From the NCBI GenBank assembly GCA_965218425.1, contig OZ244621.1, positions 3,040,001-3,104,000 of the forward strand: a DNA stretch of 64,000 nt, written 5' to 3'. The position numbers and the translations under genes were made by a program. This document shows, in pieces, positions 28,577-37,886 of this stretch (positions within the stretch are counted from its first letter, which is position 1; each line of letters starts with the position of its first letter). The notes beneath the pieces were generated by a model. It worked only from the letters and a program-made list of their open reading frames with translations. It did no database searches and was not told the origin of the DNA. The stretch is from an uncultured Candidatus Binatia bacterium (lineage in GTDB: Bacteria > Desulfobacterota > Binatia > UBA9968 > CAXXLF01).

Positions 28577-30304
28577 ATGCCTGAGATGAACCATGTTGAA
28601 GTAGGAACTGCGCCCCGGCCCAAGAAAATATCCCCCTTGAATTGGGGGCTGTTTCTAATGATCATCCTCATTGGGTTTATGGGGTTCTATATCCTTTATC
28701 CCCTGCTCTTGATCCTGATCAACAGCTTTAACGTCGCAACCATAGCCGATCCTCCGGAGTATGGTTTTGGCGCTTGGGTAGAGGCCTTCAGTGAGTACGG
28801 GATTAGGGAAGCCCTATGGAACACCATCAAGGTGACCGTTGTCCGCCAGAGTATCGTCTTCGTCATCGGCGTGGGTTTAGCCTGGATCCTTGCACGTACC
28901 AATACTCCCTTCTCCAGGGGGTTCGAGTTTTTCTTCTGGATGTCTTTTATGTTGCCAAGCGTGGCGACCACCTACGGTTGGATTCTCCTTTTGGATCCTG
29001 ATACCGGCCTCGTCAATAGTTGGTTTAGCGACCTATTCGGCGTTATGCCGTTCGATATCTACTCCTTCTGGGGTATCATCTGGGTGCACACCATTAGTGG
29101 GTTGGATACCAAGGTCATGCTGCTGACCCCGGCATTCCGTAACATGGATGCCTCCATGGAAGAAGCAAGCCGCATGTCCGGCGCCAGCACGTTAAGGACC
29201 ATGTTTAGCGTGACCCTTCCCGTGATGACGCCCGCATTGATTGTGGTACTGCTGCTTAGCCTTGTTCGCTTGTTTGAGTCTTTTGAGACCGAGCTCCTGC
29301 TTGGTGTTCCATGGGGTTTTTACGTTTATTCCACCATGATTGTGGATCTGGCAAGGCAAGAACCCCCCCTCACCAACCAGGCGGCGGCATTGGGAAGCCT
29401 CATTCTACTTTTTTTAGCGGTCTTTATACCTCTGCAGAGAAAGCTCATCGGCCGAAGGCACTTTACGACCATTACCAGCGCGTTCAAGCCAAAGATCATT
29501 GATCTTGGCTTCTGGAAGTATCCATCGGTGATAGGGATAGCAATCGTTGCCTTCCTGGCCGTGGGGGTCCCTATTATCAGCGTAGCGGGTGGGAGCGTGA
29601 TGACTCGCTTCGGCTTTTTTAACCTACCCGTAACCTGGACCCTGGACTACTGGAGGATCGCTTTAAACGACCCGCGATTATTGCTGGCCCTGAAAAACAC
29701 TTTGATTATTGCCGGCTGCGCGGCAGCAATCGGGCCATTTCTCTTTTCCATCATTGCGTATATTATCGCTCGGACCAAGCTTCCCGGTCGGGGCATTCTG
29801 GATTCCATCTGTTGGATGCCTTCGGCCGTGCCCGGGGTACTTTCAGGACTGGGACTCCTCTGGATGTTTCTAGGGACTCCGTTCTTTCGGCCCCTTTACG
29901 GAACAATTTTTCTATTAATTATCGCCTCTATGTTTGGTGGGGTCACTCTTGCGACCCAGGTTTTCAAAGCAAACTTCGTTCAGTTGGGTCAGGAACTGGA
30001 AGAGGCCTCTCGCATGTCCGGGGCGGGCTTTTGGCGGACCTATTTTAAGGTGGTGCTACCATTGATGGCACAGACCATGATCCTGATCGCGGTATTGAAG
30101 TTTTTGTTTGCAGCCCGCAGTGCTTCTAGTGTAATCCTATTAGCCACTTCGGAGACCAGAACGTTGGCATTGTTGGCCCTGGATCAAATTGCAGCTGGAT
30201 ACCGCGAGGCGGCGAGCATTACGGTGTTACTGATTGTATTGCTGACCACCGGCTTGGCCCTGGTCGCGAGAATGTTTGGTCTCAAGGTTGGTATCCGTGC
30301 TTAA
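28577..30304 (+). CDS. ABC transporter permease (FbpB-like, two TM domains)
   Basis: Hydrophobic; two EAA loops (MEEASRMSGA, LEEASRMSGA). Confidence 0.9.
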   Translation: MPEMNHVEVGTAPRPKKISPLNWGLFLMIILIGFMGFYILYPLLLILINSFNVATIADPPEYGFGAWVEAFSEYGIREALWNTIKVTVVRQSIVFVIGVGLAWILARTNTPFSRGFEFFFWMSFMLPSVATTYGWILLLDPDTGLVNSWFSDLFGVMPFDIYSFWGIIWVHTISGLDTKVMLLTPAFRNMDASMEEASRMSGASTLRTMFSVTLPVMTPALIVVLLLSLVRLFESFETELLLGVPWGFYVYSTMIVDLARQEPPLTNQAAALGSLILLFLAVFIPLQRKLIGRRHFTTITSAFKPKIIDLGFWKYPSVIGIAIVAFLAVGVPIISVAGGSVMTRFGFFNLPVTWTLDYWRIALNDPRLLLALKNTLIIAGCAAAIGPFLFSIIAYIIARTKLPGRGILDSICWMPSAVPGVLSGLGLLWMFLGTPFFRPLYGTIFLLIIASMFGGVTLATQVFKANFVQLGQELEEASRMSGAGFWRTYFKVVLPLMAQTMILIAVLKFLFAARSASSVILLATSETRTLALLALDQIAAGYREAASITVLLIVLLTTGLALVARMFGLKVGIRA

Positions 30305-30349
30305 GTAAGAATGAGCGTTGGTGATTTTTCATAGGAGGCAGGAAATCAG

Positions 30350-31462
30350 ATGAGTTTTCTTCGACTCCAAAACCTGCACAAATTCTTCAACGAAGTCCAG
30401 GCGGTAAATGGCGTGAACCTCGAGGTTCATGAGGGGGAGTTTTTTACCCTCCTGGGTCCAAGTGGCTGTGGTAAGACCACCACCCTTCGGATGGTTGGCG
30501 GTTTGGAAGAACCGGATGAGGGAGAGATTCTCCTGGGGGACGGCTGCTTGGTATCGGTCAGCAGGGGGGTCTTCGTCAATCCCGACAAGCGAGATATGGG
30601 CATGGTGTTTCAGTCCTATGCCCTGTGGCCCCATATGACCGTTTTTGAGAATGTGGCCTATCCGCTTAAGCTTCGTTGGATGAAAAGACCGGTGATTCGA
30701 GACAAGGTCCTTGCGGCATTGGAACTCGTGGGTTTGACGGGATTGGAGGATCGACCCATTCCGGCCCTCAGCGGCGGACAGCAGCAGCGGGTTGCGCTGG
30801 CCCGGGCCCTGGTCTTTTCGCCGAAGGTTTTGCTTCTGGATGAACCCCTGAGCAACCTGGATGCGCAGCTGCGCGACGAGATGCGCAGGGAGTTAAAATC
30901 CCTGCAGAGACGAGTTGGCGTTACGGTGCTATTCGTAACCCACGATCAGATCGAGGCTCTGAGTCTGTCCGATCGAATCGGGATTATGTCCAAGGGAAAG
31001 TTAGAGCAGGTGGGCAGCCCCGAAGAGGTGTACCACAAGCCGGTGACCACGTTCGCGCGGGATTTTCTGGGCAAGACGTTTATCGTCCTGGGCAAAGTGA
31101 CCAGGATGGGCGACCCGGTCCAGGTTGAACCCCACGGGATTAAAGAAGCTTCACTGTCCATTGATCAGGCCAATATCCCTTCTACGGTCGCCGGTTCTCT
31201 CAAGGACGGGAGCGAGGTGGTGGTGTCCATTCGGCCGGACCATATCAGAGTTTCGGGAACCGGGCCGAATTCCAACCCTAATGTGCTTCCGGCGATTTTG
31301 GAGAACGTGCATTTCTTGGGAGATCGGTACGAGTACACGGTGTCCATGGGGTCGGATACACGGGTGCTGGTTTTGCCTGCGTCCCAGGTGCTCAAACCGG
31401 GTGAAAAAATCTTTTTGGATTTAAAGACAGAAAGCCTCTCTCTGTGGCCCCGGGAGATGTAA
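30350..31462 (+). CDS. ABC transporter ATP-binding protein (PotA/FbpC-like, C-terminal TOBE)
   Basis: GPSGCGKT, LSGGQQQR, LLLDEPLSNLD, VTHDQ. Confidence 0.95.
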   Translation: MSFLRLQNLHKFFNEVQAVNGVNLEVHEGEFFTLLGPSGCGKTTTLRMVGGLEEPDEGEILLGDGCLVSVSRGVFVNPDKRDMGMVFQSYALWPHMTVFENVAYPLKLRWMKRPVIRDKVLAALELVGLTGLEDRPIPALSGGQQQRVALARALVFSPKVLLLDEPLSNLDAQLRDEMRRELKSLQRRVGVTVLFVTHDQIEALSLSDRIGIMSKGKLEQVGSPEEVYHKPVTTFARDFLGKTFIVLGKVTRMGDPVQVEPHGIKEASLSIDQANIPSTVAGSLKDGSEVVVSIRPDHIRVSGTGPNSNPNVLPAILENVHFLGDRYEYTVSMGSDTRVLVLPASQVLKPGEKIFLDLKTESLSLWPREM

Positions 31463-31568
31463 GGGCGATGATTTAGAGCGCAAATTCGTGAGGGGGGCCT
31501 TGACAAAAGAAGTCCAATATGGTGTAAGACGGTATTTTTAAGGGTCAAGTTTCGAAAGGAGGAGTGAG

Positions 31569-31958
31569 ATGAAAAGGATCTATCTAATGGCCGTGGCGGT
31601 CCTGATGATTTTGAGTTTTGTTGGGACTGCTGATGCGCAGAGGAAGAAGAAGAGTCAGGGGAAGCGGATTCAGACGATGGATATCGTGATCAGCGAGGTG
31701 GGTGAGGCGACCGTTGGTTACCAGGTCCGGCGGAGGGGAAGGATGCGGACGAGTTACATCGGCGTGGCGGATGTCACCAGAGTCCAGAAGGCTGACTACA
31801 AGGATGTCGCTCTCAAGGATTTAAAGAAGGGCGATAAGGCTCTAGTTACCCTTTACAAGGACCCTGACGATCCATACTTTCCTGCACTGTCGATTAAAGT
31901 GTATGGGAAGGCGGTTATGATGAAGAAGGCTCGAAGGGCCAAAAAGAAGAAAAAGTAA
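31569..31958 (+). CDS. Small, very basic exported hypothetical protein (possible OB-fold)
   Basis: AAGGAGGAG RBS; signal peptide ending ADA; LKDLKKGDKALV; poly-Lys C-terminus. Confidence 0.75.
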   Translation: MKRIYLMAVAVLMILSFVGTADAQRKKKSQGKRIQTMDIVISEVGEATVGYQVRRRGRMRTSYIGVADVTRVQKADYKDVALKDLKKGDKALVTLYKDPDDPYFPALSIKVYGKAVMMKKARRAKKKKK

Positions 31959-31986
31959 GAGGGTTCCTTCCAACCATGATTTAGCG

Positions 31987-32033
31987 CTGTGCCATCTGGT
32001 GAGCGGTTCCTGCCGTATCTCCAGATGGTACAG
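31987..32033. terminator. Stem-loop downstream of the basic protein gene
   Basis: CTGTGCCATCTGG (31987-31999) pairs with CCAGATGGTACAG (32021-32033); no clear U-tract. Confidence 0.5.
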
Positions 32034-32140
32034 TCTTAATCAACCTCCGCTGGTTGACGACAAAATCATAATTCGTCTGCATTCCAGAGGGATGTCTCGC
32101 CAATTCATTAATCTATCTTTCAGCCGGCCGCGAATTTAAA

Positions 32141-32586
32141 TTGGGTTTATTGGTGCCTCTTTACAGAATTTTCTATTCCTTTATTTCTCTGTGCTTACTT
32201 TTTCCAGCTGTAGCGGCAGCTCAATCCCAGGGTATAAGCGTCAGCCTCACATCAAACAAAGCGAGGCATATACCGGGGGAATCCATCGGCGTATAAGTGA
32301 AGGTTGTAAATGAAGGCTCGGAACCTCTCCGGCTCAATTTTGGTACGTCTCAGCGTTTCGAAATTCTCGTTCAGGACCAGCAGGGCCGTGTCGTCTGGCG
32401 GTGATCCCACGGCAAGTACTTTTCCCGGGTTCTGGGAAAAGAGGTTTTAGAGCCGTCGGGGGAGGTGAGCTTCTTTACCGGACCACTGTGGAAGGAAGGT
32501 TCTTTCCTGGAATCTATCAGTTAATGGCAATCATCCCTGCGATGGGACGCTCCATGTCGGCCACCACCACCGTTAACATCAGATGA
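32141..32586 (+). pseudogene. BsuPI (intracellular proteinase inhibitor)-domain exported protein, pseudogene
   Basis: Hand translation ...PGESIGV*VKVVNEGSEPLRLNFGTSQRFEILVQDQQGRVVWR*SHGKYF...; stops at 32294 and 32402; likely frameshift near 32460. Confidence 0.7.
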
Positions 32587-32611
32587 AGGTAGTAGGTGAT
32601 CCGGTTACGGA

Positions 32612-32645
32612 GACCCGCAAAAGGACTATCGGCTTTTTGCGGGTC
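32612..32645. terminator. Hairpin at the junction of convergent genes
   Basis: GACCCGCAAAA (32612-32622) / TTTTGCGGGTC (32635-32645), overlapping the 3' end of the VOC gene. Confidence 0.45.
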
Positions 32646-33033
32646 CCTGCCGGTTGGGAGTGGGAAAGTGGAGTTCCAGGTAATTCCCTTCAGGGTCAAA
32701 CAGATAGATGGTCTTGCCCGACGGGCGGTCCACGCAGCGGTCAAACCTTCCCGTCTCTTTGACCTCTTTCAGGGCGTCCTCGTAGTCATCCCATTGCATA
32801 TCAAAGGCTTGGTGCGCTATGCCGTCTTGTTCCAGGGCGTTCTTGTGAATCGGCTTCGGCCGTTCGAACAGAACAACGTCGCTGCTTCCGCATTTTAGGC
32901 GGTCTAATCTTGGATCCGCGCCGCCCCCGACTCGGTCGAGAAACCGCATGCCAAGGATCTTGGTATAAAACTCCCGAGCCCGGTCGATATCATCCACGGG
33001 AATACCCACGTGGTAGAGATCCTTAAGTTTCAT
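32626..33033 (-). CDS. VOC/glyoxalase-family protein
   Basis: HVGIPVDDIDRAREFY, HQAF, YLFDPEGNYLEL. Confidence 0.9.
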   Translation of the reverse strand: MKLKDLYHVGIPVDDIDRAREFYTKILGMRFLDRVGGGADPRLDRLKCGSSDVVLFERPKPIHKNALEQDGIAHQAFDMQWDDYEDALKEVKETGRFDRCVDRPSGKTIYLFDPEGNYLELHFPTPNRQGPAKSR

Positions 33034-33107
33034 CGCCTTTGACTCCTGTCAGCAAATTCCATTTACCTCTGAGATTGTTTTTTCACTCGAAAAAAATCAC
33101 TCGCGGG

Positions 33108-33698
33108 CTATTTCCCAGCCGCTTGCTGCTTGGCGGTCCAGTCCGGATGATCCTCCACGTGCTCAAACATATTCCCAAGCACTTCTGAAAACGGATGATA
33201 TCGGAAGGCCATCCACTTGGCGGATTGTCCAGGGGAACGGTTGAAGTGCTGGTGCTCGCAGCCATTGGGCTTAACCGGTAAAATAATCAAGTCCCATTTC
33301 TCCCAATCCACCTTCTTTCCATCCACCGTCGTGTATCCTTCGCCTTCCAGCACGAACAGCTGAATTCCACCCTGGTGCTTGTGTTTTCCTGAATGGGTTT
33401 TGACGTGCTGAATGAAACAGGTCCAGCCCTGGGCGGCCGCTTCCAACACTGCCCCGTCCGCCACCTTGTGCCAATTAAGGTATCTCTTCGAAAGGCCCTG
33501 ACGGCCCTGGCGCCACGGAAGATCCTTGGCCCGGATAACGATCTTGCCTGTTTTAGCTTGTTCTCGGGCCGCGGAGTACTGCCGGAGGGTTTCCTCGTAA
33601 TGGGCTCCTTCTTCCAACTGGACGGGTTCTCTTTCTCTTACCCTTTCTCTTTCCACAGTAGTTCTCTCCCTTCGACCTTTTGGACCCTTACTTATCAT
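33108..33698 (-). CDS. Single cupin-domain protein
   Basis: SGKHKHQGG, VLEGEGYTTVDG, EHQHFN. Confidence 0.82.
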   Translation of the reverse strand: MISKGPKGRRERTTVERERVREREPVQLEEGAHYEETLRQYSAAREQAKTGKIVIRAKDLPWRQGRQGLSKRYLNWHKVADGAVLEAAAQGWTCFIQHVKTHSGKHKHQGGIQLFVLEGEGYTTVDGKKVDWEKWDLIILPVKPNGCEHQHFNRSPGQSAKWMAFRYHPFSEVLGNMFEHVEDHPDWTAKQQAAGK

Positions 33699-33812
33699 GG
33701 TTTCACAACCCTGTCCATACGGATGCACTTGACAGGTTTAAGGGGGAGCAGTTATAAGACCCACGTTCAACCACTCCTGGGTGGGTCATTGGATTATTAC
33801 TAGGGAGGTGCG

Positions 33813-34889
33813 ATGCTAATATTAAATGACGAAGAGGTTCGACAATCGCTCCCCATGACGGAGACCATCCAGGCCATGGAAGAATCGTACCGGGAAGTTG
33901 CGGACGGGCCAGGTAAAAACCTTCCGAGACAAAGAATTCGAACAGCTCCCGACCAGGATGGTTTCGGTTACTTTTTTAATTGTATTCCTGGACTGCTGCC
34001 CAGCCGGGGAGTGATGGCTGTACGGTTGGACTCCATTGTCCGAGAGGTCCGTGCGGAGCGAGCAAGCGGACGGTATGCCGGGGATCAGTACTGCGGGTGG
34101 GTGATTGTCTACAGCTTGAAAACCAGTGAACCCCTGGCGATCATGGATGACTTCAGCCTCTCGGCCATTCGCGTGGGAGCCACCACTGGGATGGCGGTGA
34201 AATACATGGCGAGACAAGATGCGAAACAGGTGGCGCTATTTGGTTCTGGTAAGCAAGCACGAACAAATCTTGAAGCCGTCTCCAAGGTCCGAAAGCTTGA
34301 CCAAGTGAAGATCTACAGTCCAAACCCAAACCATCGCCGGCTCTTTGCCGAAGAGATGACAGAGGTGATCGGAGCTGAGATCATTCCTGTGGATAGCCCG
34401 GTAAAGGCCATGGACGGGGCGAACATTGTGCTCTGCATGGGCAACTCGGTCAACCCGCTATTTGACGGGAATTGGCTAAAGCCCGGAATGCATGTCGCCT
34501 CTATTTCAGCGGGACGGGACAAGACTCATGAGGATCTCGGCCAAGAGGAACGCAAGGAACTCGATGATACGACGCTTGAGCGGAGCTCTCTCATCGTGAT
34601 TAGCTCCAGAGCGCAGATGGCGTGGGACGAACAGAAGAGACTGTCGAGCCAAAACCATAAGCTTTTTGACTTAGGCGAGTTGCTGCAGGGAAAGGTTAAT
34701 GGGAGAAAAAGCGCAGAAGAAATAAACCTGTTTGCAAGCAACGCAGGTACGGGAAACCAGTTTGCGGCTGCCGGGGCAGTGGTTTACGAAAAGGCGAGGG
34801 AAAGAGGTCTCGGCAAAGAAATTCCAACGGAATGGTTAATGACAGATGTAAAAAAATGGGCAGACCGGGGCTTCTTCCCGTCACCGTAG
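33813..34889 (+). CDS. Ornithine cyclodeaminase/mu-crystallin family protein
   Basis: IRVGATTG, LFGSGKQARTNL, WLKPGMHV, GNQFAAAG; GGGAGG RBS. Confidence 0.9.
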   Translation: MLILNDEEVRQSLPMTETIQAMEESYREVADGPGKNLPRQRIRTAPDQDGFGYFFNCIPGLLPSRGVMAVRLDSIVREVRAERASGRYAGDQYCGWVIVYSLKTSEPLAIMDDFSLSAIRVGATTGMAVKYMARQDAKQVALFGSGKQARTNLEAVSKVRKLDQVKIYSPNPNHRRLFAEEMTEVIGAEIIPVDSPVKAMDGANIVLCMGNSVNPLFDGNWLKPGMHVASISAGRDKTHEDLGQEERKELDDTTLERSSLIVISSRAQMAWDEQKRLSSQNHKLFDLGELLQGKVNGRKSAEEINLFASNAGTGNQFAAAGAVVYEKARERGLGKEIPTEWLMTDVKKWADRGFFPSP

Positions 34890-35334
34890 GGAATCAATTA
34901 GACTCGAACCTTTTTTGACGACGCGGTCAAGATGTGTGGGCATTTCCAAAGGGCCTACGCACACGATGGCAACTAGACCAGTTTCTAATACCTGAACGGA
35001 CTACCCGTTATAGTCGTTTTCCTAGTTACCAGTTTTGTTCGGGAACGACGGTAGGGTGTAAGGGCAACCGCCCGCCCCAGGGACGTGGGCCTGATTCCAC
35101 TTAGCCCCTTTAATTCTCAAGGGAGAGTAGGAGCCCCCCTATTTTTTAACGCTGTCTAGGACTTGGTGACTACCATCTCTCCAAATGGACCTCCTCCCGT
35201 CCTGAAGTCTTGCGCGAGGGTGGTGACAAAGCATACTAACCGCCATACTTCAATTCTCTCCAAGGACCTCAATCACGTGATGTATTCCCAGAATTCTCGT
35301 TCAGCTTTTTTCGACGGGCACTTAAGAATTTGTG

Positions 35335-35607
35335 TCATCTTTTCCCCCCAGCAGGCCCTCTTGACTGCCGCACGCGAGTCCGGCTTTCGTCCGCGACCGC
35401 AAGGTATCCTTCTAGCGACTCCAGGCCTTGCTCGGCTAATACCCGCTTTATAACTCGTAGTACCGAGCTGCGTCCCTTGCTACGTGGGCGGGGAAGCAGT
35501 ATGCCTGGGTGAGATCCCGGTCTGTGGCGGCGGGCATCTGAGAATCCTAGGTCAAGGGTGATCAGGAACCTCCTCTCGCCCCTGACATGGCGGCAAATTC
35601 GAGACAT
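35335..35607 (-). pseudogene. C-terminal remnant of a DUF5615 PIN-like (toxin-type) protein
   Basis: ERRFLITLDLGFSDARRHRPGSHPGILLPRPRS...LAVADESRTRVR matches the DUF5615 C-terminal half; the N-terminal DEN motif is absent. Confidence 0.65.
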
Positions 35608-35612
35608 GGGGC

Positions 35613-35784
35613 CAATGCTGTCCCAACGTTTTCAAATAGGGCCGCTTTGGAGACTCCAAGTGTTTGATTTCTAGACGTCACGGAATTCGATGGCATTTCA
35701 AATCGATTACATTATTTCACTGTCAAAGTTCTTAGGATTCAATGACTTTCATAAAATTTCCAAACAAACGTTGGGACACCCGTG
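35613..35784. mobile_element. 172-bp MITE-like non-autonomous element
   Basis: Ends CAATGCTGTCCCAACGTTT ... AAACGTTGGGACACCCGTG with a 13-bp perfect core IR; 9-bp direct repeat ACATGGGGC at 35604-35612 and 35785-35793. Confidence 0.78.
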
Positions 35785-35843
35785 ACATGGGGCTTATTGT
35801 GAGTTACCCTCGCATAACCCACGATGCCCTCTGGATGTGAGTT

Positions 35844-36524
35844 TTACGAACCCGTCTGCACCACGGACGGGAGTTCGCCGAGACTCGCTATGATTCGATT
35901 GGCTCCTGCTTCAACCAGCCGATCTTTCTTTGCCAGTCCGGAAACCACTCCGACCGTGAAGATCGAAAGCGGTTTGGCCGACAGAATGTCATCCGGACTA
36001 TCCCCCACGAGTAGCGTTTCCTCTGCGCTCCACCCCAGGGAAGTGAGACAAGCCTGATTTTGATCCGGGTAAGGTTTCAAACGACAGGGGGGATCGCGAC
36101 CGAAAACTCCATTGAAACAGTCGCTAATTCCCAAGCATTCCAGAATACGCCCCACCGCGGCCGTTCCGTTGGAGGTGACAATGGCACAGGGGTAGCCTTT
36201 GGATCGCAACCAGGAGAGGGTTGGCTCAGTCTCTTGCAGTGGCTTGGCCCTGCCGGCGCCCTGGAGCTCGTAGCTCTCCAGGGCGTCGAAGACCCGCCCC
36301 TGGATCTGTTGGGTCCGATCTGATGGGAGAGCCTCAAGCATGAAGTCATACACCGTTCGCATGAGTTTAAATCCCACACCCCTGCTCTGTTCTAGCACCT
36401 TTGGCGGGATTCCTTCCTTTAGATAGATGCTTTCGATTTCCTCGATTGCTCGACGCCAGTCCACATGAGGTCCGAGCTCCACCAGAGTATGGTCAAAGTC
36501 AAAGATTATTTGATTGCGTTTCAC
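35844..36524 (-). CDS. HAD-family hydrolase (phosphoglycolate phosphatase-like)
   Basis: IFDFDHTL, IVTSN, KPYPD, LVGDSPDD. Confidence 0.9.
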   Translation of the reverse strand: MKRNQIIFDFDHTLVELGPHVDWRRAIEEIESIYLKEGIPPKVLEQSRGVGFKLMRTVYDFMLEALPSDRTQQIQGRVFDALESYELQGAGRAKPLQETEPTLSWLRSKGYPCAIVTSNGTAAVGRILECLGISDCFNGVFGRDPPCRLKPYPDQNQACLTSLGWSAEETLLVGDSPDDILSAKPLSIFTVGVVSGLAKKDRLVEAGANRIIASLGELPSVVQTGS

Positions 36525-36539
36525 GGTAAAACCACCTGA

Positions 36540-37886
36540 TTATTCCAAGTGCGGCCCGAGGATACGCCTCACCTTCTCTCGTACCGTACTGGCCACGGCG
36601 ACCCGTCGGAAGAGAGCGGCATTTTCTGCCATGGCGGTGGCGTCGATCCCCACGCGGGGCACCGGTTTGCCTGGCTGCACCGATGGGTCGATGCCCATTC
36701 CCTTGCCTCCCTTTTCTGACCAGAGTCCTTCGTCCGCCCGCAACCGGGTGGACATAGCCCACCAGACATCCGCGCCCCCCTCCAGGGGAACGTCTGCATC
36801 CACCACGACGACATTCTTGGCCACGGGCATCATTTCCCAAATAGCCTGGATGAGGGTTTTAACCTCTGCATGGGGCATGGGCTCCACCGCCGCCAGCACA
36901 CTCAATCCAAGACTCCGGGGCGGGATGTGAATTCGTGCCAGGGAAGGAAATCGTTGTTTTAGTTGCGGGAAGTTCTCGGCCTCCCATAAAAATTCGGACA
37001 GAGTGGAATCCTCCCCGCTGAAGGGTACCAGGGCATGGTAAATAGGGTTCTTCCTATGGGTCACCGCTGTGATCTTTCCCACTGGGCATTCAAAAGTTAA
37101 GTAGTAGCCGGAAGATTCCCCGAAGGGGCCTTCCGTTTCCCGGACTCCTGGAAGAATCTCTCCCTCAAGAACTAGTTCTGCATAGGCGGGAACCTCCAGG
37201 TCGGAAGTGACACAGCGAACCATTTTGATGGGCCGGGAGGCAAGTCCCCCTCCCATGGCAAATTTTTCCCCGTCCGGCGCGCGAATGACGGAAGCGAGCA
37301 GGGTCAGGGGATCGCAGCCTATGACAAATGCCATGGGCAGCGGTTTCTTATTGGCCTCAGCCCTGCCGAAAAAGGCGGCGATGGGAGGATTGTTGAGTAG
37401 GATGCCGATTTTGTTCCCACCTTTGATCTGTACGCGGTGAATCCCGCAGCTGAGTTTTCCTGTCTCCAGATCTCGGGCAACGGCAATGGCACTGGTCAAA
37501 TAGGGGCCCACGTCCCCCTCATGGTGCGTTAAGACGGGGGCCATCTGTGGAATGTCTATACCCTCGCGGTGAACGACTTCATGTACCGGGCCATCGTTAA
37601 CCGATTCGGGTGGAATGAGCTCCTTACGTCTTTCTGCGTATTGGGCCAAGAGGTCCCTGGGTTTTCCAAAGGCCATCTCTACTCGTCTTCGATGGCCAAG
37701 CAGATTTCCCACTAACGAAAACGGATACCCCGAGACCTGGGGCAGGTGGAGAGCCTTTCCTTTTCTCTCTTCCACCTCACGAATGGCGGCGGATATCTCC
37801 TGATTGGGTGAGAGTTTTTCCGCGACAGTTAAGATCTCGCCCTCTCGCTGAAGGAGATCCACAAATTCCCTCAAATCGCGAAACAT
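36540..37886 (-). CDS. UbiD-family decarboxylase
   Basis: MFRDLREF, GIHRVQ, EGPFGESSGY, VVVVDADV, WAMSTR, GIDAT. Confidence 0.9.
   Translation of the reverse strand: MFRDLREFVDLLQREGEILTVAEKLSPNQEISAAIREVEERKGKALHLPQVSGYPFSLVGNLLGHRRRVEMAFGKPRDLLAQYAERRKELIPPESVNDGPVHEVVHREGIDIPQMAPVLTHHEGDVGPYLTSAIAVARDLETGKLSCGIHRVQIKGGNKIGILLNNPPIAAFFGRAEANKKPLPMAFVIGCDPLTLLASVIRAPDGEKFAMGGGLASRPIKMVRCVTSDLEVPAYAELVLEGEILPGVRETEGPFGESSGYYLTFECPVGKITAVTHRKNPIYHALVPFSGEDSTLSEFLWEAENFPQLKQRFPSLARIHIPPRSLGLSVLAAVEPMPHAEVKTLIQAIWEMMPVAKNVVVVDADVPLEGGADVWWAMSTRLRADEGLWSEKGGKGMGIDPSVQPGKPVPRVGIDATAMAENAALFRRVAVASTVREKVRRILGPHLE

Noticed and set aside
32402..32404. TGA-to-Trp or Sec recoding
   Set aside because: TGA ends many intact genes here, and the same pseudogene also has a TAA and a frameshift
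34890..35330. ncRNA or tRNA in the long gap after the cyclodeaminase-like gene
   Set aside because: No cloverleaf or known RNA motif was identifiable; an Infernal scan would be needed
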